In this document: positions 46,816 to 61,392 of the stretch, piece by piece
Numbering within the stretch: position 1 is the first letter of the stretch
Layout of the letters: each line of letters opens with the position of its first letter
Assembly: GCA_043228905.1 (NCBI GenBank)
Contig: JBHGNT010000004.1
Span: 24,304,001 to 24,368,000, forward strand
DNA length: 64,000 nt
Direction: 5' to 3'
DNA from: Azolla caroliniana
Lineage: Eukaryota; Plantae; Polypodiophyta
The notes under the pieces: model-generated
The model's input: only the letters and a program-made list of their open reading frames with translations
What the model was told of the DNA's origin: nothing
The model's database searches: none
Position numbers and translations under genes: made by a program

Positions 46816-47732
46816 TTGGTTCGTGTTTTGATTGATTGCTCGGCATTATATGTATATGTAATGAGAATCACATGTAAAATGGTTGCATCATTTAGGATTT
46901 TAGATTATACAGCATTCAAATTCATGTACAAAGTGTTAACTACATTACAAGGCCACATCAATCCACATATGGCATTTGAACAATTTGAATCACATGAAAG
47001 GATTATAACATGTAGGAATGGAGGGTTGTGAAGCTTTCAAATTTATGTATAGGACACCAACTCATATATGTAGCCTAGAAATTTTAACACAATAATAGAT
47101 TACACATCATAGGTAAACCCTTGCGCAGTTTATAATTCTCAACTCATCATCGTTTATGAGTATCATATTTTCTAAACATAACACAGTCAACTGAATATTG
47201 CCTATGTTGGATAACAATATTGTTTGTATACTTTTTCAATTGCAATAGACTCAATGTTAACTTTCTTGAGTGAACTAAATCATGATAAATGTATGGTGAT
47301 TGGAATAGAACTCAATGGCCCAAGCTAGCAAACATGGAATATTAACCAAGCACCTCCATAGCACATACAATAATAGCAATGCGAATGATGGAATTCCTTA
47401 ATCATTATTATTTGATCATTTAGATTTTGAAACTCCATCATATCTTGACTACAGTTTTCTTCACTTTTGACTTTGTCTATAGCATTGTGTCCTCTCATAA
47501 TGTGATGCATTCATTTAATTGGCATAACATCTTCATGGGCTATAACAAGATGTGTACTCCATATTGTTGTTTAGTCCTTTAATTCTCTATAACATTTTTG
47601 TTGCGTTGAATTATGTTTGCAACATGGTGTGGCCTATGTATGAGTTGTACATTGATTTAAATGAAGGATCAGTTTTGTTTATTTGTAACATTATTGTGTC
47701 ATACATATCATTATACGTTTCAATTGAAGTAA

Positions 47733-47832
47733 NNNNNNNNNNNNNNNNNNNNNNNNNNNNNNNNNNNNNNNNNNNNNNNNNNNNNNNNNNNNNNNNNNNN
47801 NNNNNNNNNNNNNNNNNNNNNNNNNNNNNNNN
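47733..47832. other. Assembly gap (100 N)
   Basis: Exactly 100 Ns, typical of a scaffold join of unknown length. Confidence 0.99.
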
Positions 47833-48405
47833 ATGAGATATCATGCTAAACTTAAGTTGCTTTTGGGTAAAGACACCAATATCCAAACGAGTAACATAAT
47901 GATATGCATTGGTAGGATAAAAGTAGTTAAGTTGTGCCTCTTTTTTTTGTTTTGAAAACGACGTTTCTTAAATGTTTGAATTATTGATAGAGCAACCATC
48001 ATACCAAGAGTGAATGAGTTATCCCTCGATTGTTTAAAGACAATTATGGAAATCAACAACCAAGAATTATAAAACTAAACCTGATCGGTTACACATTGAT
48101 AGGGTACAATCATCATACCTAGTAAAATGAGTCATGCCTTAATTGTTTGAAGACGGTGCTTTGGATTATCATCTAAGACAACTATTGTACCAAGTAAACG
48201 AGTCGTGTCTCGATTGTTTAAAGACGATTATTTGAATTATCAACGGACACCTATTCAAACTAGTGATGAATTGTGGTCATTTTAGCTAACATGGCAATTG
48301 GTGAGTCAAACCACATTTCCAATATTCCACATACATTATAGGTAGTAGAATAGTAGTCTAAAAACTACTATGTTAAATATAAATACATGGGTATATATGT
48401 TTGCG

Positions 48406-48556
48406 TTGTTTAAAGACGATTAATTGAATTATGAACGGGCAATTATTCAAACTGGTTGTTTAAAGACGATTAATTGAATTATGAACGGGCAATTATTCAA
48501 ACTGGTTGTTTAAAGATGATTAATTGAATTATGAACGGGCAACTATTCAAACTGGT
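48406..48556. repeat. Tandem repeat, ~3 x 50 bp, inside a larger diverged duplication (~48212-48710)
   Basis: TTGTTTAAAGA(C/T)GATTAATTGAATTATGAACGGGCAA(T/C)TATTCAAACTGG occurs three times. Confidence 0.9.
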
Positions 48557-51500
48557 ATTGCATTGTAGTCATTTGAACTAACATAGTCGTTGGCTTCTGT
48601 AAAGTCAAAACATGTTTCCAGTAATTCACATATGTTTTGGGTAATAGATTGATAGTTTGAAAACTACTATGTTATGCTAAAAATACAAACATGTGCATAT
48701 ATGTTTGTGTAACATATAAAACCACATGCATACAGTAGACACATAGATACATGCATATTCACACATTGTGGCGGAAATCGGACTTATAACAGTTATTTTT
48801 AAAGAACTCGTTGCAAAGATATTAGTTAGTCAATCATAATTTTGCTACCAAACATCTTGCCAAAAAGTTTTAGATTACTTTGAAGAAAAAGTTTCAAAAA
48901 GATCACAACAGTTGCAAATTCTCAAAAGAATCTAATAAAACCATTATTTCAAAGAATTATCTGACAAACAATTCTTCATTGTAATATCATGACACATGGA
49001 TGGCCCTCGTTATCGGTTGACGATATTTCACATGTGCAACAATTCAATTGAAGGCCACCCTCACAACATTAATAACAGAAATGTTTGTATTGGCAATGAA
49101 AAACAATCATTGATATCAGTTAGAACTTATAGTACTCACTTTTTAATTCATATTCTACATCAACACATGTAACAGACTTAAGAGGAGTTGAATATGTATG
49201 GCAATTCAAAACAAGTATCCTTGTTCTATCGAGGAACACTATAACATTGAAACGGTCTAATGTTGAAGATTTAACAAGTTTGGTATAAACTATGTTAATA
49301 AACACAATACAATGTAAAGGTCATTTAACTAAATCATTTTCTATTTCGTAATCTCAAAACACTTATCATTCTCTCAGAACGAGTGTCGATTGCCACATGT
49401 GTTGCTTGTCATAGAGAGTTTGAGCCTAAGTTTGGGACATAAAACATGCGAGATAATGATCATGATTCGTAACTTGATCTTTTTCTCATTCCAATTCACA
49501 AACTTTGAGCTTTACAAGATTAGATTTTGTTTCTTGATCGAAGACTACACTAACGTCAAGGCAAGGCAAAACAAAAATTGGAAAGGTAATGAAATAAAAG
49601 CTCTTTAATATACGTTGGATGTTCAGTAGATGTAAAGAAGGAATTAAAAGATACCCCACAAGCTCGTGGCAAAAAGTGCACATACTAAGGTATTTTCTTG
49701 TTACATATGTCTCCTAAAGTTGTTATCTTTTTCACTCTTTATCCAATGACTTTTTTTCTTTTTCGAAGACAGGGTAGTGTATCTCTAAAAGTGGATGATT
49801 AACATAGAAGCATAATAAATTGTCCTATAAAATTGAACTTACTAAGCAATTTTGTTCAAATTGAAACTTGATAGTTCATGAATCTAAGTTGTCAATCTTG
49901 GGTACTCTTGGCAATGGCAAAACAAATTGTTTGTAACTTCCAATAGGGTCATGGGCATGAATCTAATAAGCCATTGGGATACATTGGACACATTCATGAG
50001 AGTCCCTCTTAGTCAAGAACACGTAATTTAAATTAGGGCTTCTCTCAAATTTTGGAGTTTAAAATTTTCATTATAAAAGTTGGGTGGCAAATACTAATAG
50101 CAATACTAATAAGACATAGATTGGCATCCAATATGTGTATCACTGCCCGTTGGGCAACTTGCATTCCTTTACACCTCTGACTTTTGTTAGTGCACCCCAC
50201 AAATACATTTGTGCAACTTGCAATCCTTTACACCTCTCATTTTTACTACTCTAGTTTGATATATTTGGGCAACTTGCAACCCTTTACACCTCTCATTTTG
50301 TTAATGCTACCAGCCTACACGTAATTGTTTTTTTCACCCTACGACAATCACTAGTTGGAACTTGGATGTAGATAATTCATATGCGTCCATGGAGTAAAAA
50401 GAATACTTTTATGAAATTTTGGCATCAAGACTCGTCATTGGGATCCTTAAAAAATCTCATTGTAATCACCCTATCAAGTTTTAGCTTTGGCAAAGTTTGA
50501 CATGTGTAATATTCATCGACACAATAAATGAATGATTTTATAATGTTTTCACATGTAGTTTCCTATTTGCATTGAAATGTGGAGACATCAAATTACAAGC
50601 AATGCATATATAACGAAAGATGTAGTACTTTTGATACACTTTTTGATATGTATGTAAGATATATAATGTGTTCCATCACATCAATACACAAATGAATAAA
50701 CCAAGCAACGTATTTATAGTATTTTCTTTGCTAAACATGTTACCGTTGGATGCCAAACATTGTTTAATTAGAAGCACGTGACTATATTTGATATCTCAAT
50801 TAAAAGCTATTCATTATGATGTAAATCTGTGAAACATCAATAATGGAAATCTATGCCTCGTTGATAGCATATAGGCGTTTGTAAATATGCCCAATCAAGC
50901 ATCTCTTTTTAATTCTATCTGAAAACTTACATCTAGAATTAAATGATCTTACATATGGAATTTCATCTCAAAAGATTGGTGAATTTGATGTAAACAAATC
51001 ATCTTACAAACACTTAGTAGAAACACTTAAGTGTAAAGTTTATTCCAAAATAAATTCCCATAGTCAAACTTAAAAGCACACTCCACAAAAACGCTTCGGA
51101 ACAACTACAATAACCCTTGTTGTTCCATGATGATTTTGGGATTGTCCACATGAACAAATATTTGTCAAGGATTTTCGTCTCAAGGAACCCATATAAACAG
51201 TTAATTGACCAAATTCTATGCTCAAAATCTTCTACAACTCAAAAGTTTGTGTTTTCCTCCTACAAGTTCACAAGCAACCATTTCAAATGAACAATAAGAA
51301 CATCCACAACTTCATAAGGCGAATTTTGAGATTAGTGATGTAGATATCTTGGAGGTTTTAGATATGGGAAATCCTATCTAATTATTAGATCATCAAATAA
51401 CTTCAAGTACATTTCACCTTTGTGTAGTCAAGAAATCACATATTTTCTTACGCGATAAGATTCCAATAATAAGGGATTGTTCAAGTTTCTTTCAAGAAAT

Positions 51501-54500
51501 CACAATAACGATATTAACAAAGAAAGAAGGTTACATGAAATGTTGATTGACTCAAAAGTAGTGTGTCTAAGAGTAGTTGGAATAATTAGAGACCACATAG
51601 TCCCCAACCAATTGGCTATTATGTCCGAAGCAAGCATATTGTCCTTAAAAATCACGCCTTGTAATCACATTGGCCCCTAGGTAGCACTAAGGATTTTTTG
51701 TGATGACCTCTATTTGTTTTGATATTTTTTTCATGTGATAAAAAGTTAACAATGTATAATAGCATTCTTCTGTTTTGGTGTTGGATTTCTATTTGTTTTC
51801 ATGTGTACAAGCGTGGTATATTTGGTGTGCCCCCTTTGTAGTAATAACTATAGTCTATACCTATCATTTTATATGACATTATGACATATGGTCACGAATT
51901 TCAACGCATAACTTATGTGAAGCCAATTTCAATAGCACAAATTGTCATCCTTGCACATATCCAACTTTAGGAGGTTGGAGTGAACATATCATGCTTGTTG
52001 CCGCATTACACTATTTGTAAAGTTCTTATCAATATAGCACAATATATCGATCGATCTATCTATCTATCTATCTATATATATATCATTGTCTTCATCCCAT
52101 TTCTATAGCATAAGAGAGTGATATACTACATAGTTTTTTTGCCCTAAACAACTTCTTGCAACCCTAATACCATCACTTTCATATGAGTTATGCTACATGA
52201 AATAACAATATTAGAAGCAATCATAAAAAATAAAATATTGACATCTTGATTTGTTCTATTGTAGACATGCATGTCATCATAGGAACCGTTAGAGTATAAT
52301 TAATTAATTAAACAAACATAAGGATTTATAGGCTAAAGAAAGAAACGAGGATGTCAAACCACCTGACCAACCCCTAGCAATGACTGAGACAAACCTAAAC
52401 CTCCTCGATGTCCCATACCATTGAGGTTTGATGTGAGTCATACCTTGGGTTTTGTGAGGATCGCATGTGCTTAACTAACAAAAGCCATAGCCACACTGTT
52501 ATAGTCTTAACATAGGTTAAGCCTCCCCCATAAGAAGGTAGCTAGCCTTTTGATATAGGCAAAACCTTGAAGCCCTAGTGTGTTCACACTTGACTACTTT
52601 ATATGAAGTGGTCAAGTGATAACTTAATTGTTATCCCACACCGTATAATTGAATTCCTAACCTCGTTCATTTAAAAAATAACCCACGTTTACTCATAATA
52701 AGATCAAGGAAACTATGAAAAACCTATCTCATGAACAATTATGGTTATGCACATAACAGAAACTGGTTTAAGATTAGTGTGATTATGAATTAATCTACTA
52801 GAGGAGACTGGCAAGGCTCTTTAGTATAAGTTGATAAAGTTGAAGGTATCATAATGCATTGTTATAAACAAATATATGGCTTGTATTTTTGCCCAAAACT
52901 AAAATAGAGAGAAATCTTACTCGCAAAAACAATGTATAAAAGGCAACATATGTTATGAACACTTGTTGGTGGATGTAAAATCGTGCTCCTCTTAACGATT
53001 CTTCGTTTATTTGTCATGGCAAATATTTGTGTGCTAAATGAACAAAGGTAGCTTTCCATAACGGTTGCTTGAAAACTTGAACTTTTATTTACTCTACCTA
53101 CATGTGTCTTTACCGTAGGAATAATGTTCACTCTTTTTAAGGAGGCAACTCTTTTAAAGTATGATTTTGAAAAGTAAAGGCAATGACGAGGAATCACCTT
53201 CAACTTGAGGTTTGAGGCCAATATTAAATATAGACTACAATGGCAGCATTTCCTAGGTTATACTACGGATATGATATATGCTAACATCAATCCCTTATAA
53301 TGGGGCTATTGAAGTTATATGTAGCCTCCTACAATTGCTCTTTTATCGAGGTACGTATAGAAGCTGACTTTTAGTTAGTGAAGTATTGAATAATGGGTCT
53401 ATTTGATGTATATCATAACCACAAAGTTTGGCACTACATCTTTTGAATGATGTCGATCTTTGAGTAGTTAAAAAGCATGAACTACGAAAAAGAGATCCAT
53501 ACAAAATAAGTGGCAAACAAGGATCATGGAACAAGCTTTGTGTAAAATCTATTTTAAATATATCGCTTGAATTTAAGAGTGTCTATTGTGTCCTTATAGT
53601 TTGCTGGAGAACTTCTACCTCTTCCTATATCCACTAGTGTAAAATTTTTATTGTTCTTTGTAGCTAATCCAAAACATTGAAACGAAAAACTGTTTGATGG
53701 AAAATGGCACCAATTTTAAATCTTCAATCTCCCTTTTCCAAGGCTCTTTATAATGTTTCCATGTAAAGAAAATGGTTGGTTTCCCTACTTTCGAGGTAGT
53801 TTCTTTCTTGACAAAGAAAAAGTCTTCTATGGAGTAGGGAAATGGGTTTTCAAAAGATATTTTAGTATCCAAAAGGCAAGTACATATAAGTGATAATCAA
53901 ATTGTTCACTTGTTACCAATTGTGACCCTCACACATGTGTTACAATATTGCTCATCCGTGGATCCTACAAGATGGATTTGACACTAAAACGAGTACACTT
54001 CCCCAAATGAAGAGCTAATTTGTGAACCTTGTGGAACCAATTATCAACACAACAAATGATAGAGATGTCTTCACACAAAGTCTTGGTACCTATTTGTGAA
54101 AGTTATGATGATATATTAAGGGTGGGGGGGGGTGTCATGACTTGAGTGTCACACTAAAGAGACAAGCTAAAAGGCTGAGGTCATATGTGTATGCCGCCTT
54201 ATTCACACATCAAGACTTGGTGCTTCAAAGTACGAATATCCCTTATTAGGAAGGAGACACACATCAAGATAGCTTTTGTACTTAGGTCCCATGGGTCAAT
54301 ATTGGCCTCTCTATGGACGCTAAACAATTTATCTATCTACCTACTTTGGTTTAAGAGAGAAAATGCATCCATCTCATGTGATTTCAAAGTCATTCAATAT
54401 CACTGCAAGGGTCTCTTGAAGGATATTTCAAAGTTCGCGATGACTGCATGGATGGTTTCAGATGCCTTTCAACTAAGTACACACCATCCTTAATTGCAAT

Positions 54501-55225
54501 GCAATATATGGCTTTACACCATTCACTTCTTTAAACTTTTGGTTGACGCAAGCTCACTAACTCACCTACATCCCCCCTATGCATGCATGGGCTCCCAAAT
54601 CCAACTCTCAAGATATTTCAAGGGCTTAGTCTTTGATATCGTACTACATACTAATGTCGTTGCGCTCATGAGGCTCACAATTTATGGTTTCACTACACAG
54701 TGCACATCACGGGCATGTGCAGTTTGGTAAAAGGGATGTCAATGTGGTCAATGAGTTGCGTGAAAAACATGTGTATGGCTAAGCCACACAGTGAATGTAC
54801 TTCTTGGAGACCTATGTGCGTGCTTTTTTATGGTGGTACTCCAGGCCTACAAACAATGGGTATGCGAGGTCCCAAAAAGAGGCAAATGGCCTTGTAGGAC
54901 AAGCACACACTTAGTTCAAAAAAGAAGGATAGGCATGTCTGAACAAGAAGCCATGGTGGTGGATAGGCATGACAAGCGGCATCTCGACCAAGAGTGCAAG
55001 TGTACTATTTGCCGTGATTCACGTGATGTGTGTCTAATGATTACTTAGAACTCGAGAGTCGAGAGTCGAGAACGTATCAGATAGAGGGAAGAAGAATAAT
55101 GGCAGGAACTTTGTACACAGCTTTATGCTATTGGTCGTAGCTTGTAGGTGATTTTCCTCATACTTTCGTGCACATGGCAGACAGGATCGGGTGGATCTCG
55201 GAAGGAGGAGGGGCATTTCGAGATG

Positions 55226-55227
<2 letters not shown>

Positions 55228-55287
<60 letters not shown>

Positions 55288-55531
55288 AGCTAAAAATTTG
55301 GACTCTACTCTTCTCTTCCCTACCCTTTGGGAGCTCTTTTTTCCCGCATCTTTTTTTTTCTTCTTCTTCTTGTGTTCAAATTCTTTACACACAAAACTAC
55401 AAGCCCATATTTGTAATAAATCAATACTTTGGAGATAAGAGTAAAAAACAACTAATAATGAAAAAAGTGGCCTCTCTCTCTCTCGACTTTACTCTGTTTT
55501 TTGTATTCCTTTCACTTTTGCTCTGTTCCTT

Positions 55532-55568
<37 letters not shown>

Positions 55569-55681
55569 TCAGTGTTGGCCACTTCTCTTTCTCTTTCACC
55601 CGCTTCTTCCATCAAAAAGGTGCATTTCTTAATCTCCTTCCTCTCTTGCTTGATCCATGTCTTGCTCCAATACACAGACGA

Positions 55682-55726
<45 letters not shown>

Positions 55727-56105
55727 TGAGTGTGAGAGAGATGGTATAGTAATACAGCATGTGCCCCTAGAGAGAGAATGCTATGTGGATACCTTGACCC
55801 CATATCCTATAGGTAAAGAGTGAGGCTATGTATACTGTCTTTGTACGCATTCTATATGTGATTGTGTTTGAACAGAGCATGATATTTATGAGAGAGCGGG
55901 GCTATACATACAGTATGTGGATGTGGATGTGGATGTGTGTGTATATGTATATGGGTGAGAGATAGAATGCATGTGCATACTGACATTGTACAGAGTATGG
56001 CATGTGGATGAGAGAGTATTAGTGGATGATGACAATGTACTTGTAGAGGCATGTGTGAGTGTGCTAGAGAGGGAATGTAAGAATATAGGGGTTGGATGGA
56101 TGTGT

Positions 56106-56165
<60 letters not shown>
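55228..56165. repeat. Cluster of long (GA)n/(CT)n microsatellites upstream of and within the likely 5'UTR intron of the IQD gene
   Basis: (GA)n at ~55228-55284, ~55688-55722 and ~56109-56165; (CT)n at ~55534-55564. Other tracts at ~19617-19651, ~21725-21770 and ~30440-30469. Confidence 0.95.
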
Positions 56166-56168
<3 letters not shown>

Positions 56169-56694
56169 ATCATCGTGTATGTGAGATAATGCAGGAGTTT
56201 TGCATGAAAAGCGTCAGAAAATGAGAGATTGTTGTATGCATGTAATGGGAGGAGAAAGAGGGAAAGAAGAATGGTGTCTTTGTATAGGAGAATGTTTGTA
56301 TGGGAGAGAGAGGACATCATGGGTGTAAGGGATGTGTGTATATGTGATCAAATGTCTGTGTATGCATGTGTATGTACACTAAGTAGATAAATGTATGAAA
56401 CTGTATGTATGTATGTATGAGAGAGACAAGAGGAAAGAGATGCCAACACTGATCAGTATGTGGGTGTGGTGTGTATGTGAAAGAGAGAGTGAGAATGAGT
56501 GAGATCTATCAGTATATGCATGCCATGTTTTTTGAGAGTGTATGTAGAGAATCCATGCTTTATTAGGGGTGCGTTAAGTTGAGGCAAAAAATGAAGCTAA
56601 TCCTGTGAGGATCATATACACTTATATTGCAGGCTAATTAATTGAACGCGTTTTTGACACTGATAGTTAAAAGCTATCTAGTTTAGTTGCAAAG

Positions 56695-57543
56695 ATGGGG
56701 AAGACAGGCAAAATGTTCAAAATCATCGCCAGTGGTTTCAAATCTCCATCCAAGGAGAATCTGTCTAAGGAGAAAACCACATCACTTTCAAGCAAGAAAA
56801 CTGACAAAGAACAATTGGTGAGAGCTTTTGGTGATTTCTTTTTTTGGGGGGCTGTAAAGATCTTCTACTTCTTCTGTGATTTTTTTCACACTGAGCTCCC
56901 ATGGTTTCTTCTGCATGTGTTGTTAATATATTTTATTTCTATGTTTTTCTAGAAGAAAGGAGGTAAGGACAAATGCATATGGAGCTTGGGCAAATCATTA
57001 TCTCGGAATCGAGACATAGAAACGACTGCAACAACTCCAGTTGACATTGTAGAGATAAAAACAATACAATCCCAAAATGCCAAAAGTGAGGTGGTTACTC
57101 AAGCATTTACAACAAATTCTGATCATGAAGTGAAGGGGTTTTTGAATGATAACAGAGTAGATGTAGATTTAGACATCTCTGGCTCTGGCTATGACTCGAA
57201 GGGGCTTTCACTTAAGGAATGTATCAAAGAATCTTCCAAAGAAGACTGGGCTGCTGCTAAGATACAAGCTACCCTTCGATGTTACTTGGTAAGGAGTTTT
57301 CTGCACAAAGGGCTCAAAAACCCATTCAAAATTTATGCACCCACTTACCCCACTAATGCATGTAATGTGCTGTATGCAAATACGTGATACATTGAAGATT
57401 GATCTGTAACCAAGATGAAGGGGAAGATGAAGATTATAATTTGAAGGAGGAGAGGGGTCTTTATCTTTGAAGTGTTGATAAAGTTTTGTGTTTTCTGCTA
57501 TGGATCTGTTGTATCTATGCTAGAGAGGCTGGGATCTAGCATT

Positions 57544-57576
<33 letters not shown>

Positions 57577-59602
57577 TGTATTGCAACTGAAAAGATTTTT
57601 TAATGAATTTGGTTAGATCTAGGTTTGCTTTAATCATTATGTTTTCAATCTTGGTGGAGTTCATGAAAGACTCAAAACTGTGTTTGTTTCTTTGATATTG
57701 TAGGCACGGCGTGCATTCCGAGCACTAAAAGCTTTGGTAAGACTCCAAGCATTGGTCCGAGGATGGATCGTTAGAAAGAAGGCATCTGTGTCGCTGCGAT
57801 TCATACAAGCATTAGTCAGACTTCAGGCTCTTGCACGGGGCCGTCGGGTTCGATCCTCTGAACTTGGTCAACTAGTTCAAAAGCATTTGCAACAGGCAAA
57901 ACAACAAAAGAGGAAGCCAGTGGTGAGAAAAATGAGAGATAGATATAAAAATGAGAGAGCTGCTCGGAAAATAATGTCATTAAAAACCCAAGACTCTGAG
58001 ACTAATAAATTTCACGAAAACAAAACCGTAACATTTGAGTGTGTATATCTATTGCAGGAGGGTTGGGTAAGTAGCATTTCCACTGCCCAGCAATTGCAAG
58101 CAAAAGCACAGAGTAAGCAAGATGCGATTATGAAGCGACAACGAGCCATGGTGTATACGTTCTCTGAACAGGTAAACTCTTATTGAAGGGACATGGTACA
58201 TCTATTTATTGCTATAATACACATGCATATACTTATTAATCATATACATATATGTTTAAGTAAATGTATATTTAGTTCGATTCCTCTGATCTTGCAGCTT
58301 AATCGATCCACGCAAAAGCCAAATATTTGTTCAGTAGTTGATAGTCGAATCGACAAAAGCTTATGGATTTGGGTTTGGTTAGAACGATGGGATTCAGTTC
58401 ATCCATGGGGTTCTCTACTTGGCCCAGTTAGGGAACAACGGGGCTCAGCAATAACAAAGATCGAGAAAGTGAAAGCGAGAAAGGAATCCTTTGCCGAGCC
58501 ACAAACCGAAGATGAAATATATACAAGTTCTGCTGCCGAAAGCATTTTGCCAGCGGTACTGATAAAAGCCGAAAAGCCAAAAGCCAAAAAGGAACCCGTT
58601 GTGGAAAAGCAAGACGAGATATCTACAAGCAGAGCCATGTCTCATGAACTTAAAGATGAACACGAGGGAATGGAGGAAGACGAGAAACTGGTTGAAGAAT
58701 TAGAGAAGCAATTCGACTCCATATTAATGAACGAAAATGATATCAATGGCAGCACCACTACTACTATTCAGCCCATCACTGGAATCACCCCATCCGTTGA
58801 TGTCACGACTAGTATAAAGGCACCGGAACAATCGCAATGTGACTCGCCTATCGCAGCATCAAGCCCAACATTCTCGTTAAGCTCGCCTTTACAATATTTG
58901 GGCACGCAAGAAGGAAGTCCAGAAGAGCCACACCCTCTTCATCTTCTTGCCGAGGAGGACGAAATTCGGAGTGAGAAACATGCTTCAAACACAGATGTAG
59001 GTGGATGTGCACAAGTCGTGGAGCCATTACCAAATGATGGTGGTGAGGACTATAATGTAGTACATGGAAGGAACAATGGTGAACTTGTATTACATGAAGG
59101 TGATGGTGGTATCTCTGAAGAGATTGTAAAGTGTGACATTGTGTCGGTAGCGTCGGCAGATATGAACCCAACCGGGACAGCTGCAGATGATGAAGTTTCG
59201 AGCAAGATGAGGGATTTCACATGCCCTCCTCCGGTAGAGCCGGCCACAGGGTCTAGTCCATCTGTTCCAAACTATATGACAGCCACTAAGTCCGCGAAAG
59301 CCAAGGTACGTCCCCACAGTAGCCCAAAGCCAACCAAAGAGTCACCCAAGCAAAAGTTCGATTCGTCACCGAAGCCGAAGAAGAAACCGTCGCCTGCGGC
59401 TTCGGAGTCTCCGAACTCACTTACGAAAAGACGTGATTCCCTCTCTTCGATTGAAGGGAAAAGCTCTCCCGGGATGCTTCGGTCGATTGTTCACGTGCGA
59501 GCATCTAGCAAGGGAGCTCATTTGGGCTCAGCTAGGGAATTGAATGTCGACCACTCTCCAGCACTGTCTTCGAATGGACATTCCCGCCGTCACGACAAAT
59601 AA
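56695..59602 (+). CDS. IQ67-domain (IQD) calmodulin-binding/microtubule-associated protein
   Basis: [16 protein letters not shown]|[20 protein letters not shown]...[13 protein letters not shown] with the characteristic phase-0 intron; [16 protein letters not shown]; WVWLERW; [15 protein letters not shown] (DUF4005-type). Exons 56695-56817, 56953-57288, 57704-57922, 58058-58171 and 58298-59602. Confidence 0.93.
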
Positions 59603-60925
59603 GTGGTTTTTTTCACTTTGGTTTTTTTTTTCCACTTATTTACCTTAGCTTCCTTCACATGATCATCTAACACAAGGACTGTATGGATTCATTTGACATG
59701 CATGAGCTTTCTTTGAGATTTGTTTTCTCTTCTTTCTTTCTTTTTTATAATGTTTGCAATTTTTTTGTATTGTAAAGAAACCTTTTGACACAAGATATAT
59801 AACATAGACAATTGGGAAGTCTCCCTCTTACCATATTATAGCTTCATACTTCCATCATCCTATCCACCATATAAATAAATCATGACTTGATGGAAAGTAA
59901 TAAATTTCCACTGCTCTCTCGATTAGTGAAACATTTTTTGTAGTGAATAGTTGGATGGAAAAGTAAGAACCTTACAATGATTGAAAGCATTCATTGTGAG
60001 GGGCACACATTGAATGTCATTCGAGTAAAAACTATGTCACATTATTCTGTGGATCTACTGTTCATGGTTAAAAAGCACATTCAATGAATGATCCTTCATA
60101 TTAGTGGTTACTTGTCTTCTTATGGTTGCACATGCACAATGCACATACATTATTACATACATACATTATACATACATATATACATACATCAACCTCTCAT
60201 TACCACACAGACATTTATCACTCATGTTATCAACAAGTTTGAAAAAAGGATTGTCGTATTGTCATGAGTATTGTCGTAAGTCTTGTTCTTGATGTAAAAG
60301 AAGCCCTTCCCACACAAGTTTCAAAGTGCATGAGTGTTTTATTAGATGGGATCACCTTTCACACGCGCGATATATATGAAAAAATGATGTAGTTTTCAAG
60401 CCATTATTATTGTTGTTACAACTTTCACAGCTATTGAGGACAATAATGTCAATACTCAGTTCCTATCCTCATTACTGTGTGATTATTCTTGTCGAGAGGG
60501 TTTCACTTGATGTGAAGATGAGTGTTGACACAAGTCACCAATCACCACATATACTATGAAATATGTTTTATTATCATGGTTATTTTTGAAGTTTTACTTT
60601 TATACATTAATTTCTCTTTCTCAATCTCTTTTATTTTGTTTACATTTACATGTGGAATGTATGGATAAATGTTATTGTAAAATGGTTAGAATTTTTGGGT
60701 TCTTGAATGAAAGTGTGCAAAAGCATTTCCTTGGAACACATTCCTTGTACAACCTATGTACACTTTAGGTATTGAGTACGTGATAGAACTTGGGAAATTG
60801 AGCGAATTAGCCTTTGCCCCAACGTTGTTGGCCATGGATTCTTGATAAGATTTAAAACTATATATAGTGGTCAAGCTTAGTAAGGTAACACCATTTACAT
60901 TATGGGACCAATGAATGGAAACAAG

Positions 60926-61392
60926 TAGCAATCAAGAACGGTTTGATTCAGTTTGAGATTGTCAAACTCAAACCGTTTTAAAAAAGTGAGACTTAAACCT
61001 AACCACAAACCAAATGGTTTTAGAGATTCTCAAATTGTTAAACCATTAAAACCGTAGTTTCATGGTTCGGTTTCAATTTTCAAGTTAGGTCATCAATAAT
61101 CAATTTTAAAATGTGCAATAATTCAAATTTTGATTTTTCCAAATTCAAATAAGATTTTTCTTAAAATATCATAATTAGGCTCTAGACTAAAAAGGCTATT
61201 AAAAACATAATTTTAAAAATAAATTAATAATCAAGTGGCAACTCTAAACTGTTTAAAACAAAAATTGTTAAGCCAATAAAGGTTTGAACAAAATTGGACC
61301 GAGTTGTTGACCCCCCAAACTGAATTGTTTAAACCATTAAGCCATGATTTCATAGTTCGGATTGGTTCAAACCGAACCATTGCAAATTGCTA
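60926..61392. mobile_element. hAT-type MITE (467 bp)
   Basis: Perfect 8-bp TSD GAAACAAG (60918-60925, 61393-61400). Termini TAGCAAT...ATTGCTA with subterminal GGTTCGGTT/AAACCG repeats. Confidence 0.88.

Noticed and set aside
50150-50305. CRISPR-like repeat-spacer array
   Set aside because: Eukaryotic context with no cas genes and only three non-palindromic repeats. Spacers 1 and 3 are related (TTTTGTTAGTGC/TTTTGTTAATGC).
52860-53860. Possible degraded LINE reverse transcriptase (LKYDFEK-like and VLNNG-like words)
   Set aside because: Only isolated short motifs in different frames; needs TBLASTN or RepeatMasker to be called.
55123-56320. ORFs rich in ER/SL dipeptides (also in the LTRs and at 8501-8866)
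   Set aside because: They are translations of (GA)n/(CT)n microsatellites with no domain or splice support.
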